This document shows positions 41,153-52,435 of a DNA stretch of 64,000 nt, piece by piece (position 1 is the stretch's first letter; every line of letters starts with the position of its first letter). The notes beneath the pieces are model-generated. The model did not search any database. It saw only the letters and a program-made list of their open reading frames with translations, and was not told the DNA's origin. The DNA lies in NCBI GenBank assembly GCA_041740815.1, contig JBGSLG010000041.1, positions 555-64,554 of the forward strand, in the 5' to 3' direction. The stretch comes from Bacteroidales bacterium. GTDB lineage: Bacteria > Bacteroidota > Bacteroidia > Bacteroidales > VadinHA17. Position numbers and translations under genes: made by a program.

Positions 41153-41584
41153 TTACCTTTTACCGGGCCCCCTGGCGCCGCCAGGTTTGCCGGCCCCCTG
41201 GGGTATTCTTGATCCTGAAGGGCGTTCAACTGATGAGGGACGGGCACCGCGTGCCTTGCTCCAGTCAGGTCTTGCGCTCTGTACTTTCTTTACTCCGGAG
41301 GCATTGTTGCCCTGATTCTGTGCTTTGGCCTGTGCGTTTGTTCCGGCCTGGTTCTGATTTTGGTTCTGAGACTGATCTTGTTTCTGCGACTGGTTTTGGC
41401 TCTGACTTTGGGTCTGAGTCTGGTCCTGATTCTGACCCTGTTGTTTCTGTTGCTGTTTTTCCTGCTGTTCCTTCTGCTGCAGCCTGACAGAAGCCGTGTC
41501 AGCCTTTACTTCCTGCGCGCTGATTCCACCCGTGGTGATGAACATCACAGTTACAAAGAGCAGTAGATATTTGATGTTTTTCAT
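41153..41584 (-). CDS. Secreted Gln/Asn-rich low-complexity protein with a basic C-terminal tail
   Basis: 143 aa with signal peptide (ISAQ), a long Q/N/S/T tract (QQKEQQEKQQQKQQGQNQDQTQTQSQSQNQ...) and a tail ending GARGPGKR. First gene of the operon. Confidence 0.7.
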   Translation of the reverse strand: MKNIKYLLLFVTVMFITTGGISAQEVKADTASVRLQQKEQQEKQQQKQQGQNQDQTQTQSQSQNQSQKQDQSQNQNQNQAGTNAQAKAQNQGNNASGVKKVQSARPDWSKARGARPSSVERPSGSRIPQGAGKPGGARGPGKR

Positions 41585-41791
41585 AATTTATTCGGTTTAA
41601 TTTTCCGGAGATCCTTTAAATATTTTTCAGATCGTTCGGTCATCCTATTATTGAACTGATACACAGCAAAATTATTCATTCGAAGATGAAGAAAAGATGA
41701 AAGATTAAATTTTTTCAAAATATTTTACTAAAAGTGTACTTATTACATTTAAAAAATTATTTAACTTGCATATCGGGTAGTAGGGGTTAGG

Positions 41792-42053
41792 CAGTCGCCA
41801 GTCGCCAGTCGCCAGTCGCCAGTCGCCAGTCGCCAGTCGCCAGTCGCCAGTCGCCAGTCGCCAGTCGCCAGTCGGCAATCAGCAGTCGGCAATCAGCAGT
41901 CAGGAATGAGGACTGAGCAAGAGGCAGCAGGCAGTAGGCAGTAGGCAGTAGTCGCCAGTCGGCAATCAGCAGTCAGGACTGAGGACTGAAGACTGAAGAC
42001 TGTAGATTGAGGACTGAGGACTGTGGATTGAAGACTGAGGACTGAAGACTGAG
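41792..42053. repeat. Heptanucleotide repeat array, about 37 phase-locked 7-mers: 11 perfect CAGTCGC units, then degenerate CAGTC-type units, then GACTG-type units
   Basis: I parsed it by hand into consecutive 7-mers without losing phase. The core switches from CAGTC (41792-41903) to its complement GACTG (41911-42053). Confidence 0.9.
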
Positions 42054-42175
42054 AAAAGCAGGGTGGGGTTGTGAAGTTGAGGGTTGGCCGCAGAGCCTGA
42101 CACGATTTGTCGGGGCCATGAAGTATTACAGACAGGTAATTAACCTTCAATATTTAACCTAACAACGGAAGAATC

Positions 42176-43831
42176 ATGTTAACATTAGACTGGATCGTAC
42201 TGGGGGCATTTGTCCTCGCGTTGGTTGTTTTTGTCATTCTTTCAATACGTTCAAAAAGTAAAACATCAACAGACTACTTTCTTGCAGGCCGTGACGCCAC
42301 CTGGATCGCCATTGGCGCCTCCATCTTCGCCTCAAACATCGGCTCTGAACACCTTGTGGGACTTGCAGGCGCCGGCGCATCATCAGGGATGGCCATGGCC
42401 CATTGGGAGATGCATGGATGGCTCATACTGCTCCTCGGTTGGCTTTTCGTACCGTTCTATGCCCGCAGCGGTGTGTTCACAATGCCCGAGTTTCTTGAGA
42501 GGAGATACAACAAAGCCTCGCGATCTGTCCTCTCCATCATTTCTTTGGTAAGCTACGTTCTCACGAAGGTTGCCGTCACGGTTTATGCAGGCGGTGTTGT
42601 CTTCAAGGATGTGTTTGGCATTGAATCAGTATGGGGCATCGATTTCTTCTGGATAAGTGCCATCGGCCTTGTGGTAATAACAGGCATCTACACTGCCATC
42701 GGAGGCATGAAGGCTGTCCTCTGGACATCCGTATTGCAGACACCAATCCTGCTTGCCGGATCGATTGCCGTTCTCGTGGCCGGACTTATAAAAGTTGGCG
42801 GATGGGATGAGCTGATGCATATCTGCCGTGCCGTGCCTGTCAATGAGTTTGGTGATACCATGACCCAACTCATTAGGTCACCCAAGGATCCAGTCTATCC
42901 CTGGACGGGTGTTCTGCTCGGGTCTGCCATCATAGGTTTCTGGTATTGGTGCACTGATCAGTATATTGTACAGCGCGTGCTTTCCGGACGCGACCAGACG
43001 CAGGCACGCCGCGGGGCCATCTTCGGAGGCTTCCTGAAGCTTACCCCCGTCTTTATTTTCCTGATTCCCGGTATGATTGCCTATGCACTTGACCAGCAGG
43101 GTGTCATCAACCTAACCAGTTCTGACTCCGCATTTTCCACACTCGTCAAGGAACTTCTGCCCATTGGCTTTAAAGGATTGGTGGTAGGGGGCATTCTTGC
43201 AGCGCTGATGAGTTCACTGGCCTCGCTGTTCAATTCATCAGCAACACTCTTTACAATTGACTTCTATCAGAAATACAAGCCCAAGGCTCCCGAAGCTGAA
43301 CTTGTGAGGGTAGGCCGGATCGCAACCGTTGTTGTTGTTATCCTTGGCATCCTCTGGATCCCGGTGATGAGAGGTATCGGCAAGGTTCTTTACGCCTACC
43401 TTCAGGATGTCCAGTCCCTGCTGGCTCCAGGTATTGCCGCAGCATTCCTCCTCGGGATCCTTTCAAAGAAAGTTACACCTGCAGCAGGCCTTACTGGTCT
43501 CCTGACGGGATTTACAATAGGTATGTTCCGCCTGGTCTTCACCATATTCAAAGGCTCTCTTGATCCCGACGGATCAATCTACCAGGTTTTTGTGGGAACC
43601 AACTGGCTGCATTATGAGATCATCAATTTTGCTATTGTCATTGTTGTAATGATTATCGTGAGCTACTTCACTCCAAGGATTGACGAGAACAAGATAACCG
43701 GACTTTATCTCGGGTCTGCCACTGCAGAACAGAAGGCAATTACCCGTGCCAGCTGGAACAAGTGGGATGTGATCACCTCGGGAGTCATCATTGCAGTAAT
43801 AATAGCATTCTATGCCTATTTCTGGAATTAG
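42176..43831 (+). CDS. Sodium:solute symporter (SSF/SGLT family), probable arabinose/pentose transporter
   Basis: 551 aa with about 14 TM helices and SSF-type motifs (YFLAGR, GGMKAVLWTSVLQ). First gene of the arabinose cluster. Confidence 0.85.
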   Translation: MLTLDWIVLGAFVLALVVFVILSIRSKSKTSTDYFLAGRDATWIAIGASIFASNIGSEHLVGLAGAGASSGMAMAHWEMHGWLILLLGWLFVPFYARSGVFTMPEFLERRYNKASRSVLSIISLVSYVLTKVAVTVYAGGVVFKDVFGIESVWGIDFFWISAIGLVVITGIYTAIGGMKAVLWTSVLQTPILLAGSIAVLVAGLIKVGGWDELMHICRAVPVNEFGDTMTQLIRSPKDPVYPWTGVLLGSAIIGFWYWCTDQYIVQRVLSGRDQTQARRGAIFGGFLKLTPVFIFLIPGMIAYALDQQGVINLTSSDSAFSTLVKELLPIGFKGLVVGGILAALMSSLASLFNSSATLFTIDFYQKYKPKAPEAELVRVGRIATVVVVILGILWIPVMRGIGKVLYAYLQDVQSLLAPGIAAAFLLGILSKKVTPAAGLTGLLTGFTIGMFRLVFTIFKGSLDPDGSIYQVFVGTNWLHYEIINFAIVIVVMIIVSYFTPRIDENKITGLYLGSATAEQKAITRASWNKWDVITSGVIIAVIIAFYAYFWN

Positions 43832-43863
43832 CAAGACACTGAATTCATAACGCATTATAAGAC

Positions 43864-45354
43864 ATGAGAAAGGAAAAAGTTGAATTGTGGTTCATCACAG
43901 GCAGCCAGCATCTGTACGGTGAGGAGACACTCAAACAGGTAAATGCCGATTCAAAAGCTATTGCCGCTGCTCTTGACATGTCTCCGGACAACCCTGTCAG
44001 GGTGGTTTTCAAACCGGTTCTTACCACTGCAGATGCCATAACGTCTGTCTGTCTTGAGGCGAACAACGTGCCTGATTGCGCAGGCCTGATTGCCTGGATG
44101 CATACCTTTTCGCCTGCCAAGATGTGGATATCAGGACTGAAGCGGCTTAACAAACCGATGCTCCACTTCCACACCCAGTATAACCGTGACATACCGTGGT
44201 CAGAGATCGACATGGATTTCATGAACCTCAACCAATCGGCACATGGCGACCGTGAGTTTGGATACATCTGCTCGCGGCTCAGGATTGAGCGTAAGGTAGT
44301 GGTTGGACACTGGCAGGACAAGGAGGTGCTAAGTGCCATTGGGGCATGGTCACGTGCTGCCATGGCGGCTCTGGATGCCCGCTCGCTGAAAGTTGCCCGC
44401 TTCGGAGACAACATGCGTGACGTTGCGGTGACAGAAGGCAATAAGGTCTCAGCGCAGCTCAGTCTCGATTACCAGGTCCACGGTTACGGTGTGGGTGACC
44501 TGGTTGATGCAGTCAACAAGGTATCCGATAAGCAGATCAGTGCACTTGTCAAACAGTATGCCGATGAATACAACGCCCCGGTAAAGGTTCTCACAGCGCC
44601 TGCCATAAAGGAGGCAGCACGGATAGAAGCCGGCATGCGCGCCTTCCTTGAGAAGGGTGGTTTTAAAGCATTCACCACCAACTTTGAAGATCTTCACGGG
44701 CTTGTTCAACTGCCCGGCCTTGCTGTACAGAGGTTGATGGCTGACGGTTACGGCTTTGGCGCCGAGGGCGACTGGAAGACGGCGGCACTGGTGCACTCGA
44801 TGAAGGTCATGGCCACGGGACTGAAGGGAGGAACCTCATTCATGGAGGACTACACCTACCATCTTGATCCGAAAAATATGGCTGTCCTTGGTGCACACAT
44901 GCTGGAGGTATGTCCTTCGATTGCCGCGGGCAAGCCCGCACTTGAGGTTCATCCTCTCGGGATAGGAGGGAAGGCAGACCCGGCACGCCTGGTCTTCAGG
45001 GCCAGCCTGGGGAGGGCAATAGCAGCCTCCATGGTTGAGATGGGTGACCGCTTCAGGCTCATAGTTAGTACAATGAAGGTGATTGAATGTCCCCCGATGC
45101 CCAAACTGCCGGTAGCGAGTGTCCTGTGGAAACCCGATCCTGATCTCAGAACAGCAGCAACAGCATGGATCTATGCCGGTGGGGCACATCATACCTCCTT
45201 CAGCCAGGCTCTGACGGCTGAACATCTGGCCGACTTCGCCGCCATGACCGGTACGGAGTTCGTACTGATAGACGGAAAATGCGAAATAGACCAGTTCAAG
45301 AAAGAACTGAGGTGGAATGACCTTTATTACCACATGAAGAACGGCCTTGTATAG
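43864..45354 (+). CDS. araA: L-arabinose isomerase
   Basis: 496 aa with N-terminal ELWFITGSQHLYGEETLKQV and full-length resemblance to AraA. Confidence 0.95.
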   Translation: MRKEKVELWFITGSQHLYGEETLKQVNADSKAIAAALDMSPDNPVRVVFKPVLTTADAITSVCLEANNVPDCAGLIAWMHTFSPAKMWISGLKRLNKPMLHFHTQYNRDIPWSEIDMDFMNLNQSAHGDREFGYICSRLRIERKVVVGHWQDKEVLSAIGAWSRAAMAALDARSLKVARFGDNMRDVAVTEGNKVSAQLSLDYQVHGYGVGDLVDAVNKVSDKQISALVKQYADEYNAPVKVLTAPAIKEAARIEAGMRAFLEKGGFKAFTTNFEDLHGLVQLPGLAVQRLMADGYGFGAEGDWKTAALVHSMKVMATGLKGGTSFMEDYTYHLDPKNMAVLGAHMLEVCPSIAAGKPALEVHPLGIGGKADPARLVFRASLGRAIAASMVEMGDRFRLIVSTMKVIECPPMPKLPVASVLWKPDPDLRTAATAWIYAGGAHHTSFSQALTAEHLADFAAMTGTEFVLIDGKCEIDQFKKELRWNDLYYHMKNGLV

Positions 45355-45368
45355 TTGATTGGAAAAAT

Positions 45369-46073
45369 ATGCTGGAGATCTATTCGAAATATCCAAGGTA
45401 CTTTAACGCAGTAGACTGTATCATCTTCGGATATGACATTGCCGAGAAGGAGCTCAAACTTCTCCTGATTAAGAGGAGCTTTGAGCCAGCTCTGGGACAG
45501 TGGTCACTGGCAGGTGGATTCTTACAGGAGAAGGAGAGCCTTGACGATGCCGCCAGTCGGGTGCTGCATACCCTGACAGGTCTGTCAGACGTGTATATGG
45601 AGCAGCTCTATACCTATGGGGAGACCGAGCGTGATCCGGGTGCCAGGGTGATCTCAACCGCCTATTCCGCACTTATCGGGATACATGAACTGGACCCCGA
45701 GGTACGAAGGAAAAGCGGGGCTCACTGGAGATCATTATCGAACCTCCCTGATCTGATCTTTGACCATCGAAAAATGGTTGACAGGGCTCTCGGCGAGCTG
45801 GTGGAGACAGTAAAGGTAAGACCGGTGGGCTTTGAACTGCTTCCGGAGAAGTTTACCCTTGTGCAGCTTCAGAACCTGTATGAGGCTATCCATCAAAGAT
45901 CCATAGACAAGCGTAATTTCAGAAAGAAGATTCTTTCGATGGAGCTGCTTGAAAAGCAGGAAGAAAAGGAAAAGGTAACATCCAAGAAGGGAGCCTGGTA
46001 CTACAGGTTCAACGAATCAAAGTACAGGGAGCTGGCCAGGAACGGCTTCTTTTTCAATCTGGCCGTCATTTGA
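45369..46073 (+). CDS. araR: NUDIX-domain transcriptional regulator (AraR/NrtR-like)
   Basis: 234 aa with a degenerate Nudix box (GGFLQEKESLDDAASRVLHTLTG) and a C-terminal winged-helix-like part. It sits inside the ara cluster, as described for Bacteroides AraR. Confidence 0.65.
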   Translation: MLEIYSKYPRYFNAVDCIIFGYDIAEKELKLLLIKRSFEPALGQWSLAGGFLQEKESLDDAASRVLHTLTGLSDVYMEQLYTYGETERDPGARVISTAYSALIGIHELDPEVRRKSGAHWRSLSNLPDLIFDHRKMVDRALGELVETVKVRPVGFELLPEKFTLVQLQNLYEAIHQRSIDKRNFRKKILSMELLEKQEEKEKVTSKKGAWYYRFNESKYRELARNGFFFNLAVI

Positions 46074-46118
46074 TTAAGAGAGCATTATGGTTAGAGTAAC
46101 GTTTAAAATAGTTATATC

Positions 46119-46808
46119 ATGCTTGAACAGCTTAAGGAAGATGTCTTCAGGGCAAACCTTGACATAGTAAGGCACGGCCTCGTAATAATGACCTTCGGCA
46201 ATGTAAGCGGATTTGACAGAGCCTCGGGTCTTATGGTAATCAAACCCTCCGGGGTATCATACAGTGAGATGACGGCCAGTGATATGGTTGTCACCGATCT
46301 CAGCGGTAGCGTTATTGAAGGAACATTGCGCCCCTCAACTGACACACCGACTCATCTGGCTCTGTACAAAGCCTTTCCGGGGATAGGCGGTATGGTGCAT
46401 ACCCACTCCACTTATGCCACCGCCTGGGCCCAGGCCGGCAGGGCGATACCATGCCTGGGAACGACGCATGCCGACTATTTCTACGGCCCGGTGCCGGTGA
46501 CCAGGAGGCTGACGGCGGAGGAGACAGAGAAAGACTATGAGTACAATACCGGACTGTTGATAAACGAGGCACTCGCAGGCAGGGATCCGCTTACTATGCC
46601 TGCCGTGCTTGTCAAATCGCACGCTCCGTTCACCTGGGGCGTAACACCTGCCATGGCAGTGCACATCGCCGTAATCCTGGAGGAGGTGGCACGCATGGCA
46701 GCTCTTTCGGTCAGCATCGCCTCACCGGAGGAGATTGACCGGCACCTTCTTGACAGGCATTACCTCCGCAAGCATGGCAACAGCGCCTACTATGGGCAAA
46801 AAAAATAA
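46119..46808 (+). CDS. araD: L-ribulose-5-phosphate 4-epimerase
   Basis: 229 aa class II aldolase fold (GNVSG, PSG, HTHSTYATAWAQ). Confidence 0.9.
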   Translation: MLEQLKEDVFRANLDIVRHGLVIMTFGNVSGFDRASGLMVIKPSGVSYSEMTASDMVVTDLSGSVIEGTLRPSTDTPTHLALYKAFPGIGGMVHTHSTYATAWAQAGRAIPCLGTTHADYFYGPVPVTRRLTAEETEKDYEYNTGLLINEALAGRDPLTMPAVLVKSHAPFTWGVTPAMAVHIAVILEEVARMAALSVSIASPEEIDRHLLDRHYLRKHGNSAYYGQKK

Positions 46809-46826
46809 ACACCTAATATCATTGAG

Positions 46827-48494
46827 ATGCACAGTTATTCAATTGGTGTAGATTTCGGCACTCTTTCAGGAAGAGCAGTTCTTGTTGACACCACCACCGG
46901 CGAAGAAGTGGCAGTGGCCATTCATGATTATGCACACGGAGTGATGGACGATAAGCTGCCTGACGGAACACCACTGGGGGTGGACTGGGCATTGCAGCAT
47001 CCGCGCGATTACCTTGATGTTTTCCGTATTACTATTCCGGCAGTGATGAAGATGGCTTCGGTGACACCTGATCAGATAGCAGGCGTAGGTATCGACTTTA
47101 CGGCCTGCACAATGCTGCCGGTGAAGGCTGACGGCACTCCCCTCTGTTTTCTGGATGAGTTTAAAGGCAGTCCCAATGCCTGGATCAAGCTATGGAAGCA
47201 CCATGCTGCCCAGGATGAAGCTAACCAGCTGAACGCAATAGCTGAAGAGAAGGGAGAGAAGTTTCTGAAGCGCTATGGAGGTAAGATATCCTCAGAGTGG
47301 ATGATACCGAAGATCTGGCAGACGGTTAATGAGGACCCCGGCCTCTATGATGCTGCTGCGCGTTTCATTGAAGCCACCGACTGGGTGGTGTGGCAGCTGA
47401 CAGGCACGGAGAGCCGCAATACATGTACTGCCGGTTACAAAGCCATATGGCATAAGCACGAGGGATATCCATCCAATGAATTCTTCAAGGCTCTTCACCC
47501 GAAGATGGAGAGGCTGGTTGATGAAAAGCTTTCGCGAAACCTGATACCTGTGGGAACAAAGGCAGGGGTCATCACTGCTGCAGCGGCGCTTCTGACCGGT
47601 CTGAAAGAGGGCACAGCTGTTGCAGCGGCCAATGTCGACGCACATGTCTCCATTCCTGCAGTGGGTATAACCTCTCCGGGGAAAATGCTTGCCATCATTG
47701 GCACATCAACGTGCCACATGCTGCTGGGTGAAACGGAGAAGGAGGTCCCCGGTATGTGCGGTGTGGTGGAAGACGGCATCATAGAAGGGTTCTTCGGATA
47801 TGAAGCCGGGCAGAGCTGCGTTGGCGATCACTTTCAATGGTTCGTTGAGAACTGTACCCCCGCTGAGTACAAGGCTGAGGCGGATTCAAGGGGCATAGAC
47901 CTCCACGCCCTCCTGACGGAGAAGGCCTCGCGGTTGAAGCCGGGTGAGAGCGGACTGGTAGCACTCGACTGGTGGAACGGGAACAGGTCAGTGCTTGTTG
48001 ATGTTGATCTCACCGGAATGATCGTGGGCATGTCACTGGCCACCAGACCGGAGGAGATCTACCGCGCACTAATTGAAGCCACTGCATACGGAACGAGGAT
48101 GATAATTGATACATTTGAAGATTATGGCGTGCCTGTTGATGAGTTCTATGCAGCCGGAGGCATAGCTGAGAAAAATTCTTTTGTGATGCAGATATATGCC
48201 GATGTAATTGGAAGGGAGATAAAGATCTCCGGTTCGCCCCAGGCGCCGGCTCTCGGCTCTGCCATGTTCGGAGCGGTTGCTGCCGGCAAGGCTGACGGAG
48301 GCTTCGATACAATTCAGGAAGCTGCACGGGTTATGGCAAAAGTCAAGGATTACACATACAAACCGGTAGCCGGCAATGTGCAGGCTTATGTAAAGCTATT
48401 TGCTGAGTACCGGGTGCTGCATGATTATTTTGGCCGCGGTGCCAATGATGTAATGAAGCGGCTTAAACTCATCAGAAAAGAGGTAAGAGGTTGA
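46827..48494 (+). CDS. araB: Ribulokinase
   Basis: 555 aa FGGY kinase with [16 protein letters not shown] and GGIAEKN. Confidence 0.9.
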   Translation: MHSYSIGVDFGTLSGRAVLVDTTTGEEVAVAIHDYAHGVMDDKLPDGTPLGVDWALQHPRDYLDVFRITIPAVMKMASVTPDQIAGVGIDFTACTMLPVKADGTPLCFLDEFKGSPNAWIKLWKHHAAQDEANQLNAIAEEKGEKFLKRYGGKISSEWMIPKIWQTVNEDPGLYDAAARFIEATDWVVWQLTGTESRNTCTAGYKAIWHKHEGYPSNEFFKALHPKMERLVDEKLSRNLIPVGTKAGVITAAAALLTGLKEGTAVAAANVDAHVSIPAVGITSPGKMLAIIGTSTCHMLLGETEKEVPGMCGVVEDGIIEGFFGYEAGQSCVGDHFQWFVENCTPAEYKAEADSRGIDLHALLTEKASRLKPGESGLVALDWWNGNRSVLVDVDLTGMIVGMSLATRPEEIYRALIEATAYGTRMIIDTFEDYGVPVDEFYAAGGIAEKNSFVMQIYADVIGREIKISGSPQAPALGSAMFGAVAAGKADGGFDTIQEAARVMAKVKDYTYKPVAGNVQAYVKLFAEYRVLHDYFGRGANDVMKRLKLIRKEVRG

Positions 48495-50452
48495 AAAACA
48501 AGTATCTGATATCTGTCTTAATTGCTATGTGTGCCATTTCCTGCAGAACGGTTCAGGAGGAGGAGATCATACGATGGCTGGCAACACCCGCACCGGGGGA
48601 GGTTCTTATCAGGGACAGCTTCTGGTCGCCCAGGATTGAACTCAACAGGGTTGAAACGATTCCGTATGTCTTCAGGCAGTGCGAGCAGACAGGACGCATT
48701 GACAATTTCGCCATTGCCGGAGGATTAAAAAAAGGAAGCCATACCGGCGCACGGTATAATGATTCGGATGTCTTCAAAATTATTGAAGGTGCATGCTATT
48801 CTCTCATGGAGACTCCTGACCCGGAGCTGCGAAGGTATGTCGACAGCCTGGTGACTATCATTGCAGCCGCACAGGAGGAAGACGGTTACCTCTATACAAC
48901 CAGGACAATTGATTCGGTCAACATGGCCCCCGGTGCAGGCAGGGAGAGATGGATTGACGAGCGTGTCAGTCATGAATTGTACAACGCGGGACACATGTAT
49001 GAGGCTGCCATTGCCCACCACCTGGCGACCGGCTCTTATACCTTCATAAACGTTGCGCTAAAGAATGCTGAGCTTGTTTATAATGAATTCGGATGGGACA
49101 GGAGAGAGATAGCTCCGGGGCACCAGGAGATTGAGATAGGTCTGATCAAGCTCTACCGGCTTACCGGTGAGAGCAAATGGCTTGAGCTGGCACAGTTCTT
49201 CCTCGATGTGCGGGGCAGGCCCGGTGAGTATGTACACCATCCTTTGGGAAGCAGGTTTGAAGTTTACAATGACTCGGTCTACCTGCAGATGCATAAGCCT
49301 GTTCTTGAACAGTCAGAGGCTGTCGGCCATGCCGTAAGGGGAGGCTATATGTATACCGCCCTGGCTGATCTCTCTGAAGAGACCGGCTATAACCGCTATC
49401 TTAAAGCATCGCAAAGGCTATGGGAAGATGTCGTTCAGGGCAAGATTTACATCACCGGTGGCATCGGCTCAAAAGAGCATGGCGAGGCATTCGGTGAGCC
49501 TTATGAGCTCCCCAATATGACAGCCTATACGGAGACATGCGCCTCGGTGGCAAATATTTTCTGGAACCACCGTCTTTACAGGGCGACAGGTGATGCGAAA
49601 TATCTTGATGTACTGGAACGCACTCTTTATAACGGACTGATCTCAGGGATTGGGAGTGACGGGTGTCAATTCTTTTATCCAAATCCCCTGGAATCAGACG
49701 GAAGCTTTGAGCGGGCTGGCTGGTTCGAATGCTCATGCTGCCCGGTCAACGTCGCGCGCTTCATGCCCACGCTCAAGCAGTATGTGTGGTCACTTACCGA
49801 CGAGGGAGTGAACGTGAACCTCTTCATCAGCTCGGTAGCCAGACTGTCAACTATCGGTGGAGAAGTGGTAATAAAGCAGGAGACGGACTATCCGTGGAGC
49901 GGCGCTGTCAAAATCAGTGTTGACCCTGACACTGACGGTAGCCTCCTCAGCCTTGGGATACGCATCCCGTCCTGGACCGGCAAGGCACCCTTCGCCGGAG
50001 GCCTTTACAGATACATCACCAGCCCTGATAAAAGGATGCGGATAAAAGTCAACGGCAAGAGATCACAGGTGAAAACCGAAAGCGGTTTTGCAGTCATTGA
50101 AAGAAACTGGAACAGGGGAGACGTTATTGAAATTACTCTGCCGATGGAGCCACGCTTCATTGTGGCCAGGGATGAGGTCGAGGCTGACAGGGGAAGAGTG
50201 GCTGTGGGAGTGGGGCCGATTGTCTACTGCCTGGAGGAGGCTGATAACGGTCCGGTGCGTGACCTCACCGTTGACCATAATACAAAAGTGGAATTCACCT
50301 TCGAACCTGACCTTCTTGGTGGAGTGGGCACACTGACCTTCAAGGCGAAATCCCCCTCCGGGGAGGAAAAGAAGGTAAAGGCGGTTCCATATTACTCATG
50401 GGCCAACAGGGGCAAGGGTGAGATGACTGTTTGGATTAAATCGGGAAAATAG
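48491..50452 (+). CDS. Glycoside hydrolase family 127 (beta-L-arabinofuranosidase-like) lipoprotein
   Basis: 653 aa with lipobox (AISC). It has the GH127 Zn/catalytic pattern as known from HypBA1: YTETCAS and ECSCCPVN. The TTG start overlaps the araB stop (gTTGAa). Confidence 0.85.
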   Translation: MKNKYLISVLIAMCAISCRTVQEEEIIRWLATPAPGEVLIRDSFWSPRIELNRVETIPYVFRQCEQTGRIDNFAIAGGLKKGSHTGARYNDSDVFKIIEGACYSLMETPDPELRRYVDSLVTIIAAAQEEDGYLYTTRTIDSVNMAPGAGRERWIDERVSHELYNAGHMYEAAIAHHLATGSYTFINVALKNAELVYNEFGWDRREIAPGHQEIEIGLIKLYRLTGESKWLELAQFFLDVRGRPGEYVHHPLGSRFEVYNDSVYLQMHKPVLEQSEAVGHAVRGGYMYTALADLSEETGYNRYLKASQRLWEDVVQGKIYITGGIGSKEHGEAFGEPYELPNMTAYTETCASVANIFWNHRLYRATGDAKYLDVLERTLYNGLISGIGSDGCQFFYPNPLESDGSFERAGWFECSCCPVNVARFMPTLKQYVWSLTDEGVNVNLFISSVARLSTIGGEVVIKQETDYPWSGAVKISVDPDTDGSLLSLGIRIPSWTGKAPFAGGLYRYITSPDKRMRIKVNGKRSQVKTESGFAVIERNWNRGDVIEITLPMEPRFIVARDEVEADRGRVAVGVGPIVYCLEEADNGPVRDLTVDHNTKVEFTFEPDLLGGVGTLTFKAKSPSGEEKKVKAVPYYSWANRGKGEMTVWIKSGK

Positions 50453-50458
50453 CAGAAT

Positions 50459-52435
50459 GTGAAAAAGGGGGTTGATATTACAACTGTAGCAGCACTTGTT
50501 TTGCTTTTCATGACATCATGCGCAGGCACCGGCGATGACGGGAACTATCCCATCAGGCCTGTCCCTTTCACATCGGTGAAGATGACCGACAACTTCTGGG
50601 CGCCACGCATAAAAAAGAACCATGAAGTGACTATACCAATCGCCTTCGGATATTGCGAGTCAACCGGGCGGGTCAGGAACTTCGAGATTGCAGGAGGCCT
50701 TGACACCGGGGCCTTCCAGACCATATTTCCGTTTGACGACTCAGATGTTACCAAGATCATAGAAGGAGCTGCCTACTCACTGCAGACATATCCTGACCCG
50801 GAACTTGAAGCTTATGTTGATTCCCTTATATGGAAGATCGGCCTTGCACAGGAGGATGACGGATACCTCTATACCAACCGCACCATTGCGGAGATGGGTT
50901 ACGGCAAGCTTCACGAGTGGGCTGAAGGGAAGAGATGGGAAAAGACAAACATCCTCAGTCATGAGCTGTACAACCTCGGACACATGTATGAGGCTGCCGT
51001 TGCATGGTACCAGGCAACAGGGAAGAGGGATCTCCTTGACATCTCCCTGAAATCTGCTGACCTTGTAGATAAGGATTTCGGGTGGGATGCATTTGTGAGC
51101 TACCCGGGACACCAGGTGATAGAGATGGGACTGGTAAAGCTCTACAGGACAACAGGCGAGAGAAGGTATCTTGATCTGGCAAAATTTTTCCTTGATGCCC
51201 GCGGTACCCGCGATGACGGTGATGAATATGCACAGAGCCACATAAAAGTGGTAGACCAGACCGAGGCGGTAGGCCATTCAGTCAGAGCCACCTATATGTA
51301 CTCGGGCATGGCTGATGTGGCTTCCATCCTTGGCGATGAAGCATATGTCAGCGCAATAACGAAGATATGGGAGGACCTCGTGCACAGGAAGATGTACATC
51401 ACCGGAGGTATAGGCGCCAGCGGAGGCAACGAGGGATTCGCAGAGCCGTACCGCCTGCCGAACATGACCGCCTACTGTGAGACATGCGCTTCAATTGGCA
51501 GTATCTTTTTCAATCACAGGATGTTCTCCATGCACGGGGAGGGCAAATACTTTGATATCCTTGAAAAGACTCTTTACAACGGAGCCCTCTCCGGTGTCAG
51601 CCTTTCAGGCGACAGGTTCTTTTATCCGAACCCCCTGGAGTCTGACGGACGGCATGAGAGGTCACCCTGGTTTGGATGTGCCTGCTGCCCCTCAAATGTC
51701 TGCAGGTTCATACCGGCAATTCCCGGTTATATATATTCAGTCACCGACGATGATCTGTTTGTGAACCTCTTCGCATCAAATGAGGCTGAAGTAAGTTTTG
51801 GCAAAAATGTTGTGACTGTTACGCAGGAGACACTGTACCCCTGGGACGGCAAAGTGACCATGACTGTCAGTCCTGAGAAAGAGAAAACCTTTGCCCTTCA
51901 TATCCGTATTCCGGGATGGGCACGCAATGAAGCCATGCCCGGAGGACTGTATGCATTTACCAAAACTTTTAAGGAGGAATACTCGCTTCTGGTGAACGGA
52001 GAGGTGCCGGAAGCCACACTTACCGACGGGTATGTTACAATCAACAGGAAATGGAAAAAGGGAGACAGGGTTGAGCTTTATCTTCCGATGCCCGTGAGGA
52101 CCGTTGCTGCAGATGAAAAGGTAAAAGAGGATGCGTGCAGATATGCAATCCAGCGCGGACCCTTGATGTTCTGTGCTGAAGGGCCTGATAATCCGGCAGG
52201 GAAGGTCCTTGACGTATTAATTGCTGAGAATCCGGTCTTCACCACCGGGTTCCATCAGGACCTGCTGAACGGTACCGAGCTGATAACAACAACCGGTTAC
52301 AGGGCTGTATCTGCGTCAGACGGAACTGTCGCCCCGGGTGAGCCGGTGGCGCTGACCCTTATCCCATATCACCTCTGGAACAACAGGGGAAAGGCAGAGA
52401 TGAGGGTTTGGCTGCCCCATACAGTAATAAATTAG
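50459..52435 (+). CDS. Glycoside hydrolase family 127 paralog (lipoprotein)
   Basis: 658 aa with a GTG start, lipobox (MTSC), and YCETCAS and GCACCPSN motifs. Colinear with the upstream paralog. Confidence 0.85.
   Translation: MKKGVDITTVAALVLLFMTSCAGTGDDGNYPIRPVPFTSVKMTDNFWAPRIKKNHEVTIPIAFGYCESTGRVRNFEIAGGLDTGAFQTIFPFDDSDVTKIIEGAAYSLQTYPDPELEAYVDSLIWKIGLAQEDDGYLYTNRTIAEMGYGKLHEWAEGKRWEKTNILSHELYNLGHMYEAAVAWYQATGKRDLLDISLKSADLVDKDFGWDAFVSYPGHQVIEMGLVKLYRTTGERRYLDLAKFFLDARGTRDDGDEYAQSHIKVVDQTEAVGHSVRATYMYSGMADVASILGDEAYVSAITKIWEDLVHRKMYITGGIGASGGNEGFAEPYRLPNMTAYCETCASIGSIFFNHRMFSMHGEGKYFDILEKTLYNGALSGVSLSGDRFFYPNPLESDGRHERSPWFGCACCPSNVCRFIPAIPGYIYSVTDDDLFVNLFASNEAEVSFGKNVVTVTQETLYPWDGKVTMTVSPEKEKTFALHIRIPGWARNEAMPGGLYAFTKTFKEEYSLLVNGEVPEATLTDGYVTINRKWKKGDRVELYLPMPVRTVAADEKVKEDACRYAIQRGPLMFCAEGPDNPAGKVLDVLIAENPVFTTGFHQDLLNGTELITTTGYRAVSASDGTVAPGEPVALTLIPYHLWNNRGKAEMRVWLPHTVIN

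Noticed and set aside
41792-42053. Possibility that the repeat arrays (also 53819-53958) are CRISPR arrays
   Set aside because: The units are 7 nt and contiguous, with no unique spacers of 25-40 nt and no cas genes in the window. They are microsatellite-like arrays, not CRISPR.
41893-42150. An 85-aa minus-strand ORF (…SVLSLQSTVLSPQSTVFSLQSSVLTADCRL…) and the neighbouring plus-strand ORFs 41113..41487 and 41360..41566
   Set aside because: The first is simply the translation of the heptad-repeat array, which gives periodic peptides with no start context. The other two are antisense or out-of-frame readings of the Q-rich gene's low-complexity DNA.
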